Assembly (NCBI RefSeq): GCF_006345805.1
Contig: NW_021823839.1
Coordinates: 1 to 20,954 of the forward strand
DNA length: 20,954 nucleotides
Origin: Octopus sinensis
Lineage: Eukaryota
Reading direction: 5' to 3'
The translations under genes were made by a program, and so were the position numbers. Below the pieces are notes generated by a model. The model was not told where the DNA came from. It was given only the letters and a program-made list of their open reading frames with translations, and did no database searches. Below, piece by piece: positions 8,857 through 20,243 of this stretch (positions are counted from its first letter, which is position 1; every line of letters begins with the position of its first letter).

Positions 8857-9189
8857 AACAACAAACAAGATGAGGACAAATACCCGTCAAATGTAAATAA
8901 TGTAAATAATGAATATATAAATGTGCGTGTGTGTGTGTGTGTACGTTTACATATACATATATATATGCCTTTCTTCTTTCCCTCTCTGTCTATTATGTTT
9001 TTGTCGACAGTTTCCCCAGTTTCATCAGTTTCCTAAGTTTCCTCAGTTTCTCCAGTTACCCCCTCTCTATCTCTCTCTGATTCTATGTCTGTTTCTTTCT
9101 CTCGGCCTGTCTCTTTCTCTCGGTTGGCCTCTTTCTCTCTGTCCTGTTGGCCTCTCTATATTAAACGTTTCTACCTTGTCTGTGACAAT

Positions 9190-9520
9190 TACCCTCAATT
9201 TATTCGTACCAAAATAACTATTAATTCGCAATAAAATTAATTCGCAATAAGATTAATTCGCAATAAGATTAATTCGCAATAAAATAACCGGCCTCAATTC
9301 TCACCGAAAAAAACTGACCTCAATTAATTCCCACCAAAATTACTGGCCTCAATTCATTCCCACCAACACAAACCGATCTCAGTTCCCACCAAAATAACTG
9401 ACCTCAATTGCTTCAATTAATTCCTACGAAAATAACTGACCTCAATAAAATACCACCAAATAACTGACCTCATAATAACCCACCAGAATATCTGACCTCA
9501 ATTAATGCCTACCAAAATAA
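9190..9520. repeat. Minisatellite: about 29-bp unit (AAAATAACTGACCTCAATTAATTCCCACC) with an embedded 16-bp x4 array
   Basis: About 9 diverged 29-mers; ATTAATTCGCAATAA(A/G) exactly four times at 9220-9283. Confidence 0.9.
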
Positions 9521-9546
9521 CGACTGGCTCAACAGTCACTGAACAC

Positions 9547-9750
9547 TCGATCTGCCAGAAACAGCAATCAATTGCCATCTCATTTAAACTACACTCTTCA
9601 GTCTTAAAGAAAAGACACATCAAATAATAGTCCTACATATCGTTCCTAGTAAGACGGTATGGTCGTGTTTGGAATGCCTTTTAATTGTAGATCTGGCTGA
9701 GAGGGTTGACCTGAGTCTAAACGACAGCAGAAACGGATACAACAACAACA
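9547..9750 (+). mobile_element. Degenerate 3' part of SINE family C with (AAC)n tail
   Basis: Similar to 10635-10750 (tgc.agaaa.agc...tcttaaa...aagga.acat) and, inverted, to 10050-10130; family identity recalled, not searched. Confidence 0.5.
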
Positions 9751-10049
9751 ATAGCAATAACTTCATGTTTGTTTTACATGTCACTTAGCAAACGTCTCCT
9801 TACCTAACCTCATTCTCTGTCTATATCCCTCTCCCTCTCTCTCCACCCTCTATTTCTCACTCACATTATTTACACGCTCTTTCTCTTACTTTACCTCTTC
9901 TCTCTATCGTCCCTCTCCCTTCAAAGCTTTATCTATTTATTACATCAGTAACAACGTCAAAAATATAGAAAGCCAAGCGAATGTGTTACTGAATCACTCG
10001 ACTGAAGATTAAATTACATGAATGCAGTCGAAATATTTAAAGCAGGGGC

Positions 10050-10195
10050 TTGTTGTTGTTACGGTTACCGTTGTTGTTATTGTCGTCGATGTCAGCTCTG
10101 ATTGTGCACACCTGGTTGATCAAAGCAGTTCTAGCTCTTCTAGTAGAGACTACAACCAGCTCCAGTATATCCTGCCTTCTTTATTTAAGGCAGTA
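10050..10195 (-). mobile_element. Degenerate SINE-like 3' end with (AAC)n tail
   Basis: (gtt)n followed by gtcagctctgattgtgcacacctggttgatcaaag; 10118-10178 also matches 4831-4890 at about 83%. Confidence 0.45.
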
Positions 10196-10609
10196 CAGTT
10201 TCATCTGTGAGTCTCATCTGCTTGTTTCTAGCTGGCGGGGCGATTATCTAGAGGCTTGCAGTACTTAAGGTAGATTTTTCTTTTTCAGTCCAAGTGCATC
10301 GTCATTCTTGGGGTCCTGCCAAAAATAAATAACAGTGTCGCAAGATGTTATATTTGCAACTCGAAACCATGATATTCTATAGTTAAGTTAGCGTTAACGT
10401 ATATGATATCTAGAACAGTTAATCACATAATTAGAAATAATTATGTGACGACGAAAATAAAATATTAGTAAATACAACAAAATTATTTTAATTATTTCGA
10501 CAAGAAGGGGAGATAACTTTAGACCTGTTTCGGTCTTATTAGAAACACAGACTTAACTGCATTTGCTTTCATTCTTCAGGTCCGTCAAAAAGTAACAAAC
10601 AAAATATAG

Positions 10610-10752
10610 TGGAAGTGTCTATCCGATCAGTAGAAATGCTAGAAATAGCTGTCATATCTCTCTCAAATGTCACCTTACCCTCTTAAAAGGGAAGGAAACA
10701 TTAGGTAATATAAATCTGCCCCCAAAGAACTGACTTGTGGCTGAACAAAAAC
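10610..10752 (+). mobile_element. Degenerate SINE family C fragment
   Basis: Similarity to 9549-9620; ends in an aacaaaaac tail. Confidence 0.45.
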
Positions 10753-11186
10753 AAAAACAAACCCCACCATCAAAAAAAAAAAACATCGATGTTTGTCAAA
10801 GCATTATATTTCGATCAAAATGTATTGATGACAAGGTTCTAGACCAAATTAGGGGAATGTCTGGCAGGTAAACCGAGCATAATGAAGCCCTAAGCAGACT
10901 CTAAATTGTAATTGTCCATTTCTTGGTGATGTACTCTCTTAATGTTGGGTATATTCTAGAAACAAGGCTCCTTTCATTGTATTCCAAAAGTAATTATCTA
11001 GGGAAGTTGGGGATAAGAAAACAGACCGCCACACCACATGTCATCGAGTCCCGCTTCATAAAGTCTACCCTCCAACGCCCCCAACACAACCCGCACCACA
11101 CTCCCATCACCACCTACATCTCAAAACCTTCCCAACAACAACAACAACTATATCGATGACCACAATGACAGCAACAACAACAATAA

Positions 11187-11395
11187 TAGTTTCTAATTTA
11201 GGCTCAACGCCAGCGATTTTGATGGGTAGAGGTTAGTCACTTACATGAACCGATACTTTGACTGGAACTTTGTTTTATCGACCCATGTAAGGAGGAGAGC
11301 CAAAGTTGACCCCCAGCAAGATTTGAACTCAGAACATAAAGAGTCGGAACACATATCTCAAGGCATTTCCCCCGACATTCTAACGATTCCGCCAA
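11187..11395 (-). mobile_element. tRNA-derived SINE family B, diverged
   Basis: Aligns along its length to 7038-7247 and 12113-12330. Confidence 0.8.
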
Positions 11396-12112
11396 TGTAG
11401 TACATAAGCGAAGATACACTAGCGAGAAAACACCCGGCACAGTATTAAGTGAGCAAATGACCACAGGGTTGAAGAAGAGAAGAAATCTTATTGAGGGATA
11501 CTTTCGTATTACAAATTAAGTTATTTCAAAAATGGTTCTCCAAGGGAACTGAATCAAGAATTAGTTCTAATTAAAGCAAAATAGACAAAAGTCATTCAAT
11601 TATTTGCTATTTGGATAGTAGGACACCACTCTTAAGACACAGGAGGTATATATGACTTAATTAATTTAATAGGAATTGAACAGTAAATAATAAATATGGA
11701 TGTTGTGATGGGGAAAACAATTGCAAGGATAGAATATAGATTGTTAGAATAGAAACAAAACACATAAACTGTAAACTATTAACAGTTAAGGATTGCTAAG
11801 AAGATGTGTTATGATGGAAAAATTAATAGAAATATAGTAATGGAGAAAATATCCAAAGTAGTTGCAATATTAAGATAAAGAGTATGTTGTATTTAATGAC
11901 TAAAGATTAGAAATAATTGAGCTGTGAGTAAGACGACAGGAAAGAGAAAACTCACCATACCTGGTATTGATATGGATTGATAAAACTCGCTGATTTAGGA
12001 TTCTAAGTAAGATATGTTGGAAGCCTTTATGACTTGCAGAGAAGACATTTAAGCGACTTTAAGAATAAGGAAAAATTTTATGCATATCTGGTGTAGAAGG
12101 TATTTAAAAGCA

Positions 12113-12330
12113 TAGGTTTCAAATTTTGGCACTAGGCTAGCAAGTCCGGGGGAGGGGTTAAGTTGATTACATTGACCCCGGTGCTTAACTGGTACTTATT
12201 TTATCGACCTCGAAAGGATGAAAGGCAAAGTCGACCCCGGCTGAATTCGAACTCAGAATATAAAGACGGATAAGATAAAATGCTTCTAAGCATTTTGTTC
12301 GGCATGTTAACGATTCTGCCAGCTCACCGC
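12113..12330 (-). mobile_element. tRNA-derived SINE family B, best-preserved copy
   Basis: Minus strand gcggtgagctggcagaatcg (A-box-like)...gagttcgaattc (B-box)...gtcgactttgcctttcatcctttcgaggtcgataaaataagtacc. Confidence 0.9.
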
Positions 12331-12639
12331 TTTCGGGTATTCAGTTATTTAAAAAATAATGGTCGAAGAATTAAAATTTTTGTATTACAAGACACATTGC
12401 TATCCTGTAACGCAGGAACAAGGTTTAAATGCATCTAATACGTCAAATTAAATATCACTAATTCAAACTCTCTTATTTCTAAGTCAGGAAAAAAGTGAAC
12501 GAGGAAAGTCATTGCAAGCCAATCATTCACTTAAGTTCATCGTGAAATATTTTTAGAATAAAATTAATTCAGGGTATGGTGGTCCATGAAGATTAGAATG
12601 ACATATAACCATATGAGACATGTAGAGTCACACTAACTA

Positions 12640-12951
12640 GTTTTATTTTTTTATGCGCCCTTTTCAAGCCTAGCCAGGCTCATGGGCCCGGTTTCCCGGT
12701 TTCTATGGCGTATGTGTTCCCCCCAGCTGGACGGGACGCCAGTCCATCGCGGCGTTACTCAAGAAACAGGAAGAAAGAATGAGAGAAAGTTGGGCGAAAG
12801 AGTACAACTGGGGTCGTCACCACTCCCTGCCGGAGCCTCGTGGAGCGGAGTTTTCGCTCAATAAACACACACAACGCCCGTTCTGGGAATCGAAACCGCG
12901 ATCCTCTGACCGTGAGTCCGCTGCCCTAACCACTGGGCCATTGCGCATCCA
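12640..12951 (-). mobile_element. Full-length tRNA-derived SINE family D with an 11-bp target-site duplication
   Basis: Minus-strand A-box TGGCCCAGTGG (12940-12930), B-box-like GGTTTCGATTCCC (12897-12885), A-rich tail (T-run 12641-12652), TSD CACACTAACTA at 12629-12639 and 12952-12962. Confidence 0.92.
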
Positions 12952-13099
12952 CACACTAACTACTAGGGTTGACCAATTGTTAATAGATAAATTCGGTGAT
13001 GAATCAAACGCTATCACTGACATCCACTATATTTTTCTATGTTAATGAAATATGATAAAGTACATCATCACTGAATCGTATGTGTAGGCTTACAAGAGC

Positions 13100-13790
13100 A
13101 AATAATTTGATCAGAAAAATAATAGAATCTTTGCCAACGGGAAAACAAATAAGCTACTGTAAGAAAGCAGCCTGACTTGAGGGATTTTGTTTCAAGTATG
13201 TACTGATCACATTATCACTAGAAGATATAGAGGTGTCAGGATAGCCATTAGCCGTACATTCTTCCGGGTAAGACACTTTGAGCCAAAAGTAACTAATAAT
13301 ATTATAAGGATCCAGAAGTGTGAAGACAACCATTAGCCTGTAACATTATCGATCTAAATTCTCGCAGGTAAGGCACTCAAAGCTACAAATAACTAGTAAC
13401 ACTATAAAGTAAGTTATCCACAACTCAGGAATGGTGATGCTAAAAATAAGCAGCGAGTGCTTATTTAAGAGAGAAAATAGCAAAAGAAGCAGAACTGGAA
13501 GCATCTCAGAAAGAATAAAATCCACTGATTGAGAATATAATAAAGTTTCAGAATTTCTTGGCTGTGAGCATGGCGAAAACAGTTGTCGAAATAAAAATAG
13601 CCAAACGGATTTCAATTAAAATTGTAAATGAATTAAAACTTTAGTTAAACTGGAACTCTTCGACAAAAGTCTAACAACAGCTTCAAATTGCAGTGTAGTA
13701 GTTCTTGCGTTTAGGTTTGAGGAAATGTGGTTAAGTCTAACAAAGCTGAACAAGAGATGCAGCAGAAAGTCATTACAGGAATCCTGGGAA
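13100..13790 (+). mobile_element. Second decayed R4/Dong-like RT fragment
   Basis: One frame from 13425 reads SGMVMLKISSECLFKRENSK...ERIKSTD*EYNKVSEFLGCEHGE and, from 13653, ELFDKSLTTASNCSVV; resembles KKCAExxFKRGK..ERMKxLD..YKFLGCEQ..ELxDKNL.AINC. A degraded SL(Y)I-DL motif lies near 13336. Confidence 0.62.
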
Positions 13791-13874
13791 GGAGTCTTCA
13801 GTTCAATGGAGAAAGAAGTGATAAAAGGTTATTGATGACAAGTAAAATGGAAGCCAATGTGCGAAGAGTATGAA

Positions 13875-13910
<36 letters not shown>
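13875..13910. repeat. (CA)n microsatellite
   Basis: Directly visible. Confidence 0.95.
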
Positions 13911-13913
<3 letters not shown>

Positions 13914-14497
13914 GTATTGAATGGAAGAGAGAGAAAAAGAAAGAAAGAGAGAGATAAGTAATGAATACTGTTATATGAAAAGAAAAGCAGGTGAAATTCC
14001 GATTGCTAGAAAACAATTTAGAGATAGAAAAAGCTAATGAAAGGGAAAGGTCAGGTGAAATCTAAAAAAAAAAAAAGAACCTCAAAAGCGTTCAATGGAT
14101 GAAAGTTTAAGTAGTAAGAAAAAAAAAAGCCTCCGCGGTTTGAAATCTTTAACAGCTTAGATTTAAAAAATCGGAAAAGAGATAAAAAAAAACTGATGTT
14201 TTGTTCCATGATTAATACGAAGGAACTAATGGAAGAAAGACTAGAAATAAGCATGAAAACAGGTAAAACAGTAGGGGAAAACTAAGAAGATATAGAAATG
14301 CATAAGAAAAGAGGTGGGGTGGGGTTAATGATTGTGATGGTTGTCTAGATGGATGAAAGACTAAAATTGAAAGGTGTACGTGCAAGATAATTCAAGGAAG
14401 GAAAGCTGTGGTGAAAGTAAATCAGTAAATATAGAAGATTTGCGTAAGAAATGTACACATATTGTGCCAGTAGAAAACTTTTTAGGAGAGTTCTATG

Positions 14498-14704
14498 ATG
14501 GTTTTAAGTTTTGGTAGAAGACCAGTAACTTTATAGGAAGGAGATTAGTCGATTACATGGCCCCTTTGTTCTTCATGACTGCTACTTTATTTTACGACCG
14601 CCGAAAAGATAAAAGGCAGAGTTGAACACGGCATTATTTGAAAGATTCAGAAGTAATGCTATAAAACATTTTGTCCGACGCTTTAACGATTCTGTCAGCT
14701 AGCC
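14498..14704 (-). mobile_element. tRNA-derived SINE family B, strongly diverged
   Basis: ttagtcgattacat...ttttacgacc..gaaaagataaaaggcagagttga...taacgattctgtcagct matches the other family B copies. Confidence 0.72.
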
Positions 14705-15174
14705 AACTTTAGGGAGCTACAATGATGCTATTGTCTAAACATACTAAACATGTCTGTATGAAAGAGACCCCCCCCCAAAGAAAATGGTAGCCCCGCACAA
14801 GTTACAACTTACTTTTGTTCCGATTGATTGAATATTCTTGTATTCTCTTCCAACTTGCAGGTTAAGTGCTTGCTGATACACCGTCACTCACAGTGTTTTA
14901 CTGGTACTTGTTTTATCTCCTTTAGCTGCATCAATAATGAGAGCTGGCTTTCTGTAGAATGTAAATCATGACTGGTGGAGAGAGACAGATAAAATAATTA
15001 AGATTATATATGGCTTGGTTTTCTTTTCGTTTTTCTTTAATATATACCTGCTGACTCGGAAGCCTACTACGGATCCCTAGGTCCAGCGTCAGCTGTGAGC
15101 TTGGAACCTAACGGACAACCTTACGCATACATTATGCTATATTACAATACAATAAATTTTTGGATTGTCAATTG

Positions 15175-16235
<1,061 letters not shown>

Positions 16236-16252
16236 TATATATATACATATAT

Positions 16253-16582
16253 AAACAAACAAGGAGGGTCGTTAGACCTGAACGAGGGAAAAATATTGAA
16301 CGCTGAAAGAAATATTTTCTCTCTCTTTCTGTCTCTCTCCCCCTATTTCTCTTTCTCTTTCTCGTTGCTGATACGTGACCATCGTCCATCTTTCCTTTCC
16401 TCACGTGACCATCATCCATCTTTCTTTTCCTCACGTGACTATCTTTCTTTCCTGCACGGACGTTCTAAGGATTGGACGTCTCCTATCTCTCTCTTCTACC
16501 TTTTCTCTTTTCAAAGAAAATATTTCTCTCAGCGTCCACTATTTCCCCCTCGTTCAGGTCTAACGACCCTCCATGTTTGTTT
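16253..16582. repeat. Fold-back element: 68-bp inverted arms enclosing a 30-bp tandem repeat
   Basis: 16253-16320 versus 16515-16582 match 62/68; internal CACGTGACCATCATCCATCTTTCTTTTCCT-type units at 16372, 16402 and 16432. Confidence 0.9.
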
Positions 16583-16915
16583 CGTTTGGTTTCCCTGTAT
16601 GTCTCCACTATCTTGTTTTTGTTCCTAACTTTGACCCTCCACAAATCCAAAATTTCATTTTGGTATTTATGGGAGAAACTGTCTTGGAAGACTCATAATA
16701 TTTTTGATTGCTCGAAATGGGGAGTAGATAGACAACCGACAACTGATGAAGGGTCGTACTTGTCTTGTTTTCCATTTTCTCTCGTTATTTGCGTATTTAA
16801 CTCATTTGTTTTCGAATTTCACGTTGTTTACTGTTGGTGACGACCTGTACCCATATATGCACCATATATATTATTTATATTGTTATTAATTGAACTCCAC
16901 GCATCCATTTCCAAG

Positions 16916-16916
16916 T

Positions 16917-16971
<55 letters not shown>

Positions 16972-16985
16972 TACTACTACTACTA
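16916..16985. repeat. (TA)n then (TAC)n microsatellite
   Basis: Directly visible. Confidence 0.93.
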
Positions 16986-17067
16986 ATATGGGATAAACTT
17001 TTTTCCTGGAAAACATTTAATCAAAAGCGGTAGCATATTAAAATATCTTTAATAGTGAAAATTCTAA

Positions 17068-17191
17068 ACAATTTATAAACAAGGGCAAAAGAAAAATATT
17101 TCTATGCCAATATGCTGAGAACAGACTTTAAAGTTGTTCTCAGCATATTGGCATTGAAATATTTTTTCTTTTGCCCTTGTTTATAAATTGT
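17068..17191. repeat. 124-bp loop-less palindrome, probably from a Penelope-like ORF 3' end
   Basis: 62-bp arms centred between 17129 and 17130, one substitution and two 1-nt indels; the right arm reads KLFSAYWH*NIFSF, a plausible CpG-decayed ELFSACRHRNKF. Confidence 0.85.
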
Positions 17192-17207
17192 GTGTGTATA
17201 TATATAT

Positions 17208-17247
<40 letters not shown>

Positions 17248-17249
<2 letters not shown>

Positions 17250-17290
17250 GTCTGACGATGGCTTAGTTAGCTGAAACTTCGAAATCATTG
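17248..17290 (+). ncRNA. Type I hammerhead-like motif (family 2)
   Basis: CAGU 17248-51 / AUUG 17287-90; CUGACGA 17252-58; U; GGCU..AGCU stem II; GAA 17273-75; ACUUCGAAAU 17276-85 (one mismatch from the palindrome); C17 at 17286. Confidence 0.6.
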
Positions 17291-17391
17291 CTAATACTAT
17301 TCTTGCACTTTCCCAAATATATTTAATAATTTTTTAATTTGATATAAAATGGTTTTAAAAGTAAAGAAATCATTATTACGTAAAAACAAAT

Positions 17392-17742
<351 letters not shown>

Positions 17743-19624
17743 ACTACAGTAACCAGTTGTCCAAATGTTTAACGAACAAGCGAGAATTTATCTTTAGTTT
17801 TCTTTTTCTCATGTCACCACCCTTCTCTTTAAACACGGATTTTGTAGAAATGAGACAAAAAATTTATGAATAAATACATAAAATGAAAAAAAAAATAATG
17901 GCGACCATAACAACAATTTATAGTTTGTTGGCACCAGTTTTTGACACTGAGCAGCAGAGAGAGGTAGAGAGAGAGGGGGGAGAGAGAGGGAGAGAGAGGC
18001 GGGAGAACGTAATGAGAGAGAGAGAGAGATGGGGAGGAGAGCAAGAGATACGAGAAGATAAGAACGAGGCAAGGAAACTTAAACATGTCGTCGGGTGTTA
18101 TTTAATCGTTCAACTCTATTCATTAATCTCTCCACCCAGTTTCGAATCAATATACGTTGATTGTAATTGGCTAATCGTCGTTGTTGTGGGCATTTAAAAT
18201 CTAACAAAAGACATTTGCTCGCTAATTAATTACTGTTTGTTTCTTTTGTATTAAATAGATGTGAGCTAAAAGTGTCCCTGGATAGGGTGTTATTATAAAA
18301 TTGGTAGATGTCTTAGATGTGATAACTGCTTCTGGAATTTTGGTAAATTCGAATTATGCAGCAGAATCACAGCTCTATAATAGAAACGTTACCAATATAA
18401 AATGCTTCACGTATGGACTTATAGTGTTACAGAACACTATATACTTTAGAACTAGGCGAAACAAAATGATTCCGCTAGTGATCACGACAGCGACAGATAT
18501 GTATTTCGCCGTAGTTGTATTGATAATGTTTCTATTTCAGAGCTGCATAATTCGAATTTATCCTGTTTCTGCAAGTCAATCGCAAACCAGTGGATAGTTT
18601 ATACACTAACTGCATATACTTCAAATCAGCAGATTCAATTTTGTTTCGAAAGTGATACGATCACGCAACTATCACGAAATCCGTATCTGTCGCTTTCATA
18701 ATCGTTTCTGGTATGATTTTGTTTCACTGAACTCTGAAGTATATTGTATGTTTAAAGAACATTATAAGTCTTGAAAAGGATTTTCCCGGACGAAAAACTG
18801 CAGCTTCTGGCGATTAAACGGTATTTTGCAATGATAATATTTTTCTTATCACGTAAATTCAAATCAACAATAAAAGGATTGTGGTAAATTCGAATTTACG
18901 ACGTAATAATTCAGCACTTTGTCTATGTCGGTAGTTTTCACTCCAATGAACGGCAAACCAACGAATTGCAAATTGTTTGTTACAATTTCTAAAACTCCAA
19001 AATGTGGCCTTCATTTGAGAATTTGTTGAAAAAGACTTTGGTGTCTGTGTTAAAATGCTCAACGGTTTACAAAGAAATTCCTCGTCCGTTCTTGACAATA
19101 GTTTTACTAATTGCTACTGCCACTGCTGCTGCTGCTGCTGCTGCTGTTGTTGTTGTTCTTATCTTTAGCTCCAATTTACCACTGATTGAACTGACCTTTG
19201 GTCAAATGCAATCAAGTCGCGATCATCCTATCTTTCTTACATGCATAATGCTGTCGGAACTACATTATTGAACGAGTCCCTCGTTTTAATGGCGTTAAAG
19301 TATGATCTGAGGGAGATGTAGATGCTATTTCCAGCGTGTAAAATAACCACGTAGAGGCTCCCCAGCTGGCTTGTGTTTTGGGAAATTGTGGCGATAAGTT
19401 TCTAACTATTCACTTCCGTAACCTAATTTAAAATTCATAAATCGCTATTTCACTTTTTGTTTCTGCTGCTCCGACGTGCGTGGACGTGACAACACTCATG
19501 TTTCATATCTTATAAATCTATGACCGCCAACTTATATAAAAAAACTAATGATTTAGTAACATTAAATGCACTTATTTATTTTGGCGATTTTAACGTTAAC
19601 TTATCAACATGGAGACTACAACAT

Positions 19625-19928
19625 AAATACAACGGACTGTGACGTCTTAAAATTGTCGGGCGAATATAAAAGCTTTCAAGCAGAATATATATCTATATAT
19701 TTCATTTGGAACAGTAGTAACAGAGAATGGCAAAGAAGAAAGCGAGGGAAAAAGGTTGAAGACCATTTGAACGTTTTCAGTGAAGAAACATTTGGCAGGA
19801 GAACTGTTATTTAAGAATTTTATGGCATGAAGTTCGAAATATGATAATATTTTTACCTTTGAGGCCGCGCATCGACATTTTCAACTTGGAGTGGTTGTGA
19901 TCCAACGGGTCAAGGTGGGTACAACTAG
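19625..19928 (+). mobile_element. Helitron remnant: RepHel fragment joined to a probable 3' terminus
   Basis: 19698-19799 YFIWNSSNREWQRRKRGKKVEDHLNVFSEETFGR and 19805-19837 CYLRILWHEVR resemble the Helitron YxxWN..KxxxRRKQG..V..H......LGR..VHP...CFYLRLLLHEVRG segment; ends in a small GC hairpin plus gggtacaaCTAG|T (CTAG 19925-28). Confidence 0.72.
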
Positions 19929-19950
19929 TATATATATATATATATATACT

Positions 19951-20152
19951 GTGCTTGTTCCCTTCCACCATCGCTTAGAAACCGATGTTGGTGTGTTTCC
20001 GTCCCTGTAACGTACCTGTTTGGCAGAAGATATCGATAGAATAAGCACCAGGTTTACAAAGAATAAGTCCAGAGGTTGATTTCTTCTAGTAAAGGTGGTA
20101 CTCCATCATGGCCATGCTTAAACTGACTGAGTAAGAGTAACAGAGTAAAAGT
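19951..20152 (+). mobile_element. 3' half of SINE family A
   Basis: ccaccatcgctt..aaccgatgttggtgtgttt...tacaaagaataagtcc...catggcc...tgactga and an (agagtaa)n tail match 4610-4826. Confidence 0.82.
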
Positions 20153-20190
20153 GTAAATATATGCATACGTACGTACATACATACTACATA

Positions 20191-20234
<44 letters not shown>

Positions 20235-20243
20235 ATATATTAC

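Larger units (their letters stand above)
8442..8910. mobile_element. Inverted pair of Penelope-like terminal repeats (hammerhead family 1), about 157-bp arms around a (TAT)n/(AAC)n spacer
   Basis: 8442-8599 is the reverse complement of 8754-8910 at roughly 90% identity; each arm has CTGANGAA(G/A)GCTG...CAGCCGAAAC and a (AATGTAAAT)2 end. Confidence 0.8.

Noticed and set aside
9220-9283. Regularly spaced short repeats that might suggest a CRISPR array
   Set aside because: Units are contiguous with no unique spacers, the context is eukaryotic and no cas genes are present.
9996-10042. CTGAAGA...GAAATATT, a possible further hammerhead
   Set aside because: Core words are present but I could not form stem I or a credible stem II.
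11460-12060. Purine-rich AT-rich stretch that may be a very old LINE
   Set aside because: No translatable motif I could recognise.
16743-16790. CTGATGA followed by agggtcgtac
   Set aside because: No downstream GAAA or closing stems; at most a remnant.
18740-19100. Short protein-like minus-strand frames (e.g. GVLEIVTNNLQFVGLPFIGVKTTDIDKVLNYY)
   Set aside because: Interrupted by stops in all frames, no family recognised and no splice structure established; needs BLASTX.
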